Below, one piece after another: positions 57,416 through 64,000 of a stretch of DNA of 64,000 nucleotides. A program made the position numbers and the translations under genes. Position 1 is the first letter of the stretch, and every line of letters starts with the position of its first letter. Below the pieces are notes generated by a model, which saw only the letters and a list, made by a program, of their open reading frames with translations, searched no databases and was not told the DNA's origin. This DNA is from Antechinus flavipes (taxonomy: Eukaryota): assembly GCF_016432865.1 (NCBI RefSeq), contig NC_067403.1, positions 256,556,001-256,620,000 on the forward strand, in the 5' to 3' direction.

Positions 57416-57809
57416 AGAACATCTGAGCCGAGACCATGGTCCAGGGGAGTCCCAGGGAGGGCCCGGACAGCGGGGTCTGAAGCTGGCCCAGAGAAGGGGG
57501 AAAGGGAGACTGAGCCTCGGAGACCGTGTCCCCTCCTCCAGAGTCGGCCTCCCGTGACCTTTGGTGGTTCCCCGCCCACTAAGAAGCATCTGTGGGAAAG
57601 GGGGCCAGGGCAGGAGGGTCACGGCCCCCCCCGGGGCCCCTGGAATGGGGTGGGGAGGGCCCCAGGGCCATTTCCTCATCCAGCCCAGAGTGAGCGCAGC
57701 GAGGAGAGGAGCCGACCCACTCAGCCCCCCCTCCCCCCGCCGTGCTCCACTTCCAGAGGCCCCAGGAACCGGGGCCGGCACAGCCTCCCGGGCCGCTGGG
57801 GTGCGGGGG

Positions 57810-57960
57810 AGCCGAGTTCAAGTCCAGCTTCGGACACTAGGTCTATGATCTGGGCAAGTCACCGAAGCTGTCTGCCTCAGTTTCCTCAACTATAAAATGG
57901 GGATAAGAGCAAGATTGTGGGAGGGTCAAATGAGACAACAGTTGTGAAGGGCTCCACGTG
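57810..57960 (+). mobile_element. MIR SINE
   Basis: GAGTTCAAGTCCAGC...TGATCTGGGCAAGTCAC...GCCTCAGTTTCCTCAACTATAAAATGGGGATAA core. Confidence 0.8.
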
Positions 57961-59119
57961 GTGCCGGGCACATGGGAGTGCGGTGGAAACGCTCATTCCC
58001 TTCCCTGCCCCTATTCTCTCAGAATCCAGGGGGCCTCCTGCCTGGAGGGCCCGGGGCCGCAGAAGCTCAGCTCTGGTTCCCCACCCTCAGCCTCCCAGAG
58101 CCCCCTCCCACCCAGCTGTATTTGTCTCCCCAGTGCCCACCCGGCCTAATCCCCAGACCCCTGAACTTCTCCCTTCCACCTCCGCCCCCCCCAGCCCCCG
58201 AAGCCCCCGAGGCTCCAGCTCCCGGCTTTGCCCCTGGGCCAAATCTTCCCTCCCAGAACCTCTCATCCTCCGCCCCCTCCCCCAGGCGTCACCCCCATGA
58301 GTCACCCCGGCTGGAATCTGATGAGCTCAGGCCACCGCGCCCTCCTGCCCCTGCCAGTGGGGTCACCACCCCCTCCGCCTCATCTGGATCTGCTCAACAG
58401 CTGGAGAGAGCCCCTCCCTCCCCGCCCCCAGCCCCTGTAGGCACGGCCGGCCCGGGTGGGGGGGAGGTGCAGGCCGGGGTGCCTCCTCCGGTCTCTGGCT
58501 GGGATGCCAGGGGGAGCCGGGCTTCCTCCCGCTCTGGGGGATTAAAGCGCAGCCAGTGAAATCCTCGCTGCTCCGAGACCCTGCGGGCCAAGGGTCAGGG
58601 CCCGGGGACGCGGCCTGGGCGGGGAGCTCTGTGTCCGGGGCCGCCATGGCCTCACTGGGCCCAACGACCAGGACGTCCCTCTCTCCAGGCTCCTGCCCCC
58701 CCACTTTACAGATGAGGGACTGAGGTTCTCCCAGAGACCTTGGGGGGCGAGCTAGCTGGGAGGGAGGGGCCTTAGAGCGCGCAATGTCGGGGCTTCGGGG
58801 GCCTTAACGCGGGGGATATGGGACCTGGGAGAGCCCCTGGGACGCCGGAAGTCAGATCTGGGGAAGAAGTTAGGAATCCTCCGGCTTAAACTCCAGACTG
58901 TGAGACGGGGCGGGGGTGAGTCAAGAGACAGAATGGGGTGACAGTGAAAGGGAGAGGAAACCCAGAAGTCAGGGCTTCTGGCCCCCACTCAGGCCCTCCC
59001 TGGGGCACCCAGCTCTTTGGTGAGGACTCTTGTCAAGGAAGGGCCAATGCTTCTGGAAGAGACTCCTTTTTTTCCCCCACTCAGCCTCCCTTTTATTCAG
59101 TTTCGCTCTCTCTGTGTCT

Positions 59120-59999
59120 NNNNNNNNNNNNNNNNNNNNNNNNNNNNNNNNNNNNNNNNNNNNNNNNNNNNNNNNNNNNNNNNNNNNNNNNNNNNNNNNN
59201 NNNNNNNNNNNNNNNNNNNNNNNNNNNNNNNNNNNNNNNNNNNNNNNNNNNNNNNNNNNNNNNNNNNNNNNNNNNNNNNNNNNNNNNNNNNNNNNNNNNN
59301 NNNNNNNNNNNNNNNNNNNNNNNNNNNNNNNNNNNNNNNNNNNNNNNNNNNNNNNNNNNNNNNNNNNNNNNNNNNNNNNNNNNNNNNNNNNNNNNNNNNN
59401 NNNNNNNNNNNNNNNNNNNNNNNNNNNNNNNNNNNNNNNNNNNNNNNNNNNNNNNNNNNNNNNNNNNNNNNNNNNNNNNNNNNNNNNNNNNNNNNNNNNN
59501 NNNNNNNNNNNNNNNNNNNNNNNNNNNNNNNNNNNNNNNNNNNNNNNNNNNNNNNNNNNNNNNNNNNNNNNNNNNNNNNNNNNNNNNNNNNNNNNNNNNN
59601 NNNNNNNNNNNNNNNNNNNNNNNNNNNNNNNNNNNNNNNNNNNNNNNNNNNNNNNNNNNNNNNNNNNNNNNNNNNNNNNNNNNNNNNNNNNNNNNNNNNN
59701 NNNNNNNNNNNNNNNNNNNNNNNNNNNNNNNNNNNNNNNNNNNNNNNNNNNNNNNNNNNNNNNNNNNNNNNNNNNNNNNNNNNNNNNNNNNNNNNNNNNN
59801 NNNNNNNNNNNNNNNNNNNNNNNNNNNNNNNNNNNNNNNNNNNNNNNNNNNNNNNNNNNNNNNNNNNNNNNNNNNNNNNNNNNNNNNNNNNNNNNNNNNN
59901 NNNNNNNNNNNNNNNNNNNNNNNNNNNNNNNNNNNNNNNNNNNNNNNNNNNNNNNNNNNNNNNNNNNNNNNNNNNNNNNNNNNNNNNNNNNNNNNNNNN
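59120..59999. other. Assembly gap (880 N)
   Basis: Run of N. Confidence 1.
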
Positions 60000-60536
60000 A
60001 TCCCTCTGCAGGTGGCTGCCAACTCCATGGCTCCAGCCCCGGGACCCCAGCCCCCCCTCTCCACCTGCCAGGACCGTCAGGGGCCGGGACTCGCTGCCTG
60101 GCTTTCGTCCCCCTTCCCCCAGTATCCTCAGTGAACACCGGAGAGCTGGCCCTTAGCTGGAGGCAGACGTTGGTCAGGCGCTCCTGGCACTAACTGCCCG
60201 GGGGCAGAGGCAGAAGGACAGAGCAGGGCAGTCTCCCCCCTGCCCACAAGGAGCGTCTGTCCCAGCGGGGGCGGCACCGCGTGTGAATGGGAAGAGAATC
60301 GGGGGGTGAGCGGAGCCGGCGGCAGCTGGGATGGCTGGGGGGGGGCTTCTGTAGGAGGGCGCCTGAGCAGAACTTTGGAGAGACCCGGGGATTGTGGGAG
60401 CCAGAAGGAGGCGGGAGCGCGCTGGAGGCACAGGAGGCAGGGGGTGAGCGTGGGGGGCAGCGGGGAGGGCGGCAAGGGAAGGGCCGAGACCAGAGCGCGC
60501 AGGGGTCGGGGCCCAGGCGGGAAGGGCTCGTCGGGG

Positions 60537-62345
60537 AGCCGGGCCTTCGGCGGTGAGAGGGTCCGAGGCGGCTCCGCCCGGTCGGTGACGGACAGAAGCA
60601 GCTCCGCCCAGAGAGAACTCTGGGAAGGGAGTGAGGACCCCGGCAGCACTTCCAGTCCCTCTGTTCGAGCCGCCGGCATTTTTCTTCCCAGTAATTTTTA
60701 CCTTCTCTCTGACGGGATTTTTCTTGTGCCGCAGAGAACTGTCTGAATACGGGCACCTGTATCTGCCGTTCCTTTAACATGTTTAACATGCATGGGACAA
60801 CCTGCCATCGGGGGAGGGGAAAAGGGTCAGTGGTGGAAAATTACCCTGCGAATGTTCTGGAAACAAAAAGCTATAATTAAAAGAAAGAAAGAAAACCAGC
60901 TGCCTGGGACCCAGCAGAGCCAAGGGTTGGGGGTGCTTGGCTCCCTAAACCTCCCGCACGGGATGGGGTCACCAAGACTGCAGAGACCCCCGCGGGCCGG
61001 AGGGGGCGCCTGTGTATCAGAGGGGCCTGAGGACCATCGAGCTGCCTAGGTCAGGGCTGATGGCGGGGCCACCGGCCCGAGAACCATGAAGACACAGAGC
61101 AGGATTTGGCGGCGGATTGCACGTGGGGGCCGGAGTCCGGACTGAGCGGGACTTCCGGAGGGAGGGCAGCCCGAGTGTCCCCTTCGGGGTCTGAGAGGAT
61201 GGTCAAGGTGGGGGAGCCCCGGCTCTGCGGGCCGGCGGTCAGTGCCGATGGCTGCAAGGGCTGGGTTGGGTTTGGGGGGGTCTGCCCCTCCCGTCAGACA
61301 GTAGGAAGGTTCCCCCTTCTCCACAACGACCCTCCCCGTTGGCCGACGACCAGAAAGGGGGGTGGGGGAGGCCGGCCGGGGGGCGCCATGACCTCCGCGA
61401 CTCTCGCGTCCGTGGCCGCTCTGTCCTTAGGGGGCCCGCCGCGGAGCCGGGCCTTCGGCGGTGAGAGGGTCCGAGGCGGCTCGGCCGGTCTGTGACGGAC
61501 AGAAGCAGCTCCGCCCACTCTGGGAAGAGAGTGAGGACCCCGGCAGCACTTCCAGTCCCTCTGTTCGAGCCGCCGGCATTTTTCTTCCCAGTAATTTTTA
61601 CCTTCTCTCTGACGGGATTTTTCTTGTGCCGCAGAGAACTGTCTGAATACGGGCACCTGTATCTGCCGTTCCTTTAACATGTTTAACATGCATGGGACAA
61701 CCTGCCATCGGGGGAGGGGAAAAGGGTCAGTGGTGGAAAATTACCCGGCGAATGTTCTGGAAACAAAAAGCTATAATTAAAAGAAAGAAAGAAAACCAGC
61801 TGCCTGGGACCCAGCAGAGCCAAGGGTTGGGGGTGCTTGGCTCCCTAAACCTCCCGCACGGGATGGGGTCACCAAGACCGCAGAGACCCCCGCGGGCCGG
61901 AGGGGGCGCCTGTGTGTCAGAGGGGCCTGAGGACCATCGAGCTGCCTAGGTCAGGGCTGATGGCGGGGCCGCCGGCCGGAGAACCATGAAGACACAGAGC
62001 AGGACTTGGCAGCGGATTGCACGTGTGGGGCCGGAGTCCGGACTGAGCGGGACTTCCGGAGGGAGGGCAGCCCGAGCGTCCCCTTCGGGGTCTGAGAGGA
62101 TGGTCAAGGTGGGGGAGCCCCGGCTCTGCGGGCCGGCGGTCAGTGCCGATGGCTGCAAGGGCTGGGTTGGGTTTGGGGGGGTCTGCCCCTCCCGTCAGAC
62201 AGTAGCAAGGTTCCCCCTTCTCCACAACGACCCTCCCCGTTGGCCGACGACCAGAAAGGGGGGTGGGGGAGGCCGGCCGGGGGGCGCCGTGACCTCCGCG
62301 ACTCTCGCGTCCGTGGCCGCTCTGTCCTTAGGGGGCCCGCCGCGG
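60537..62345 (+). repeat. Head-to-tail tandem duplication of ~900 bp (60537-61444 and 61445-62345)
   Basis: Roughly 15 differences including a 7-bp indel; the ORF track contains paired near-identical ORFs offset by ~900 bp. Confidence 0.95.
60570..60895 (+). mobile_element. LINE-1 3'UTR remnant inside duplication copy 1 (copy 2 at ~61475-61795)
   Basis: Reverse complement of 60686-60750 aligns to the L1 3'UTR at 4490-4560; ends in an A-rich tail. Confidence 0.75.
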
Positions 62346-62625
62346 GCCGCCCCCGTCTCGGCAGCCGGCTGCTCTGGGTGGGCCGGATCGGACGAACAAA
62401 ACCCCCAAACCAGATTTTCAGTCTGGAGAAGAGAAGATGGGAGTGGGAGGAGTCTCTGCACTCAAACATCCCCAGATTTCCCAAGAAGCCGGAGCATCGT
62501 GTGCGCTTCCCTGTACGTGGAAGACGTGACTCTGGATACCCTGTGGCGCTGCCCGTGGGAGCCCGGGGTGGGCGCGGAGCTTCTGGGGGACCCCAGAGAC
62601 TCTGGGGCAGAGATGCTCAGAGAGG

Positions 62626-62672
62626 GAGGAGGGAAGGGAGGAGGGAAGGGAGGAGGGAAGGGAGGAGGGAGA
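62626..62672. repeat. (GGAGGGAAGGGA)n purine repeat
   Basis: Three to four 12-bp units. Confidence 0.85.
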
Positions 62673-63271
62673 GGCCGAAGCGAGTTTGGGCCCTCCCTGG
62701 GCCTTGGTTTGAGCTGCAACCTTGTCTGGCTCCCCCGCAAAGGGCTCCTGTACGTTCTTCGGCTCACAGATGCCTAAAACCTCCCTGGTGTGTGGGGGCC
62801 GCTTGCTTGGATTCGGGGGTTCGGGCGCCTCTGTGACTTGTGGCGGCCTCTGTGTAGCGGCTCTTTGGGGGGGGGGGCTCAGCTGGGGGACATCACCTAA
62901 GAACCGCCTTCTTCCGCGGGCCCCCCGGGCCTCCCAGCACCGCCAGCGGGGTCGCGGGCCCTTTCAGCTCCGACGCCTCCGTACCCCTTGGCACGGGCGG
63001 CACTAAGTAAATGCTGATAACTGACTGCCCAGCCTCCCAAACTCCGGGGCAGACCCACGGGAGGGGGATGGCAGGTCGGGGCAGGTGGGAGACCTGCACC
63101 AGCTCAAGGTGGCGGCTCGGGTCAGCGGGCGGAGAGAGGGAGGGGCACGGGGGGGGGGGGCGGCCGCAGAATCCCCGGCTTCCTTCAGGCTTAGCTCAGA
63201 AAGCACCTTCTCCGCCAGCCCCCAAACGCTGTCTCCTTTGTCTCCTCAGTGCCCCTGAGGGGCCGCGAGGG

Positions 63272-63375
63272 GGCGCAGCGGAGAGAACACCAGCCTGAAG
63301 TCAGGAGGACCCGGGACACTCCCTCCGTGTGACCCCGGGCAAGTCACTTAACCCCGACGGCCTCAGGAAAAGAAA
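63272..63375 (+). mobile_element. WSINE1-like SINE with an internal deletion
   Basis: CACCAGCCTGAAGTCAGGAGGACCCG...GTGTGACCCCGGGCAAGTCACTTAACCCC, A-rich tail. Confidence 0.75.
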
Positions 63376-63654
63376 AGAGCCGTCTGCACTGACGCCTGTA
63401 CTATACACATACTGGGGAGTCCATCAACTTCCCAGCAGCCTCCTGGACTTGGATGTCCCGGAGGGACCTCCCCCTGCACCCAAACATGGAACGGCCCTAT
63501 TCCTAGCAAGGCCGCGCCCCCTCCCCGGGGAAGAGCAAACCTTCAGGTCTACAGCAGAGAGTGATGGGATTGCTGTCAGTGGCCGGCTCTGGCCCGTCAG
63601 GGGCTCTGGGATAGGAGGATGTCACAAAGACCACAGAGGCCCCTGGGGGCCACA

Positions 63655-63890
63655 GAGCTCCCCCCCAGGCCCCCAGCTCCCCCCCATCCCCCCCGGGGGC
63701 CCCAGCTCCCCCCCATCCCCCCCGGGGGCCCCAGCTCCCCCCCATCACCCCTGGGGGCTCCAGCTCCCCCCCATCTCCCCCCCGGGGGCCCCAGCTCCCC
63801 CCCATCCCCCCCAGGCCCCCAGCTCCCCCCCATCACCCCTGGGGGCTCCAGCTCCCCCCCATCTCCCCCCCGGGGGCCCCAGCTCCCCCG
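63655..63890. repeat. ~30-bp C-rich minisatellite (CCCCAGCTCCCCCCCATCCCCCCCGGGGG), ~8 copies
   Basis: Direct inspection. Confidence 0.9.
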
Positions 63891-64000
63891 GGTGCTCCCA
63901 GACAGGGGGGAGGCTTCCATTTGCTGCTGTCAGCAAGCCCGTCCCCTGTGGTGGGGCTGCACTGTTTTAGAGCTAAATTCTGATGTTCCCCGGGGGTGGG

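Noticed and set aside
58640-58724. Perfect Kozak GCCGCCATGG opening a ~25-aa ORF, with a mirror ATG on the minus strand
   Set aside because: Ends within a MIR fragment, with no promoter or splice support; CCATGG is palindromic and common in GC-rich DNA.
58938-60193. ORFs crossing N-gaps (also 5932-6307, 37204-38432, 44727-46290)
   Set aside because: Length is an artefact of untranslatable N runs.
60190-61689. Duplicated ORFs MLNMLKERQIQVPVF... as a novel gene pair
   Set aside because: They are the antisense reading of an L1 3'UTR remnant inside the tandem duplication.
52000-64000. RIN1 exons expected from human synteny (and PACS1 at the left end)
   Set aside because: No ORF resembles RIN1 or PACS1 domains; they presumably lie outside the window.

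Overview
GC-rich marsupial genomic DNA, probably a dasyurid (inferred from WSINE1/MAR1-type SINEs and marsupial L1 3' ends). It is syntenic with human 11q13.2. Six intact protein-coding genes were reconstructed by hand from GT-AG junctions: KLC2 (+, 15 coding exons, 626 aa), RAB1B (+, 6 exons, 201 aa), CNIH2 (+, 6 exons, 160 aa), YIF1A (-, 8 exons, 293 aa), TMEM151A (+, 2 exons, 471 aa) and CD248/endosialin (-, 1 exon, 729 aa). The first ~7 kb is LINE/SINE debris, and there are four N-gaps. Nearly all other long ORFs in the track are GC-bias or repeat artefacts. I found no clearly new protein-coding system. The most promising leads are non-coding or subtle: a 32-bp minisatellite upstream of CD248 loaded with HIF-type RCGTG cores; RFX X-box clusters inside CNIH2; uORFs in KLC2, CNIH2 and TMEM151A; an Ig-switch-like GGGCT array in a KLC2 intron; an ~88-bp inverted repeat; a ~900-bp tandem duplication; unusual RAB1B substitutions; and a furin-type site next to the CD248 membrane anchor. 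All comparisons with human proteins and literature are from memory and need confirmation.
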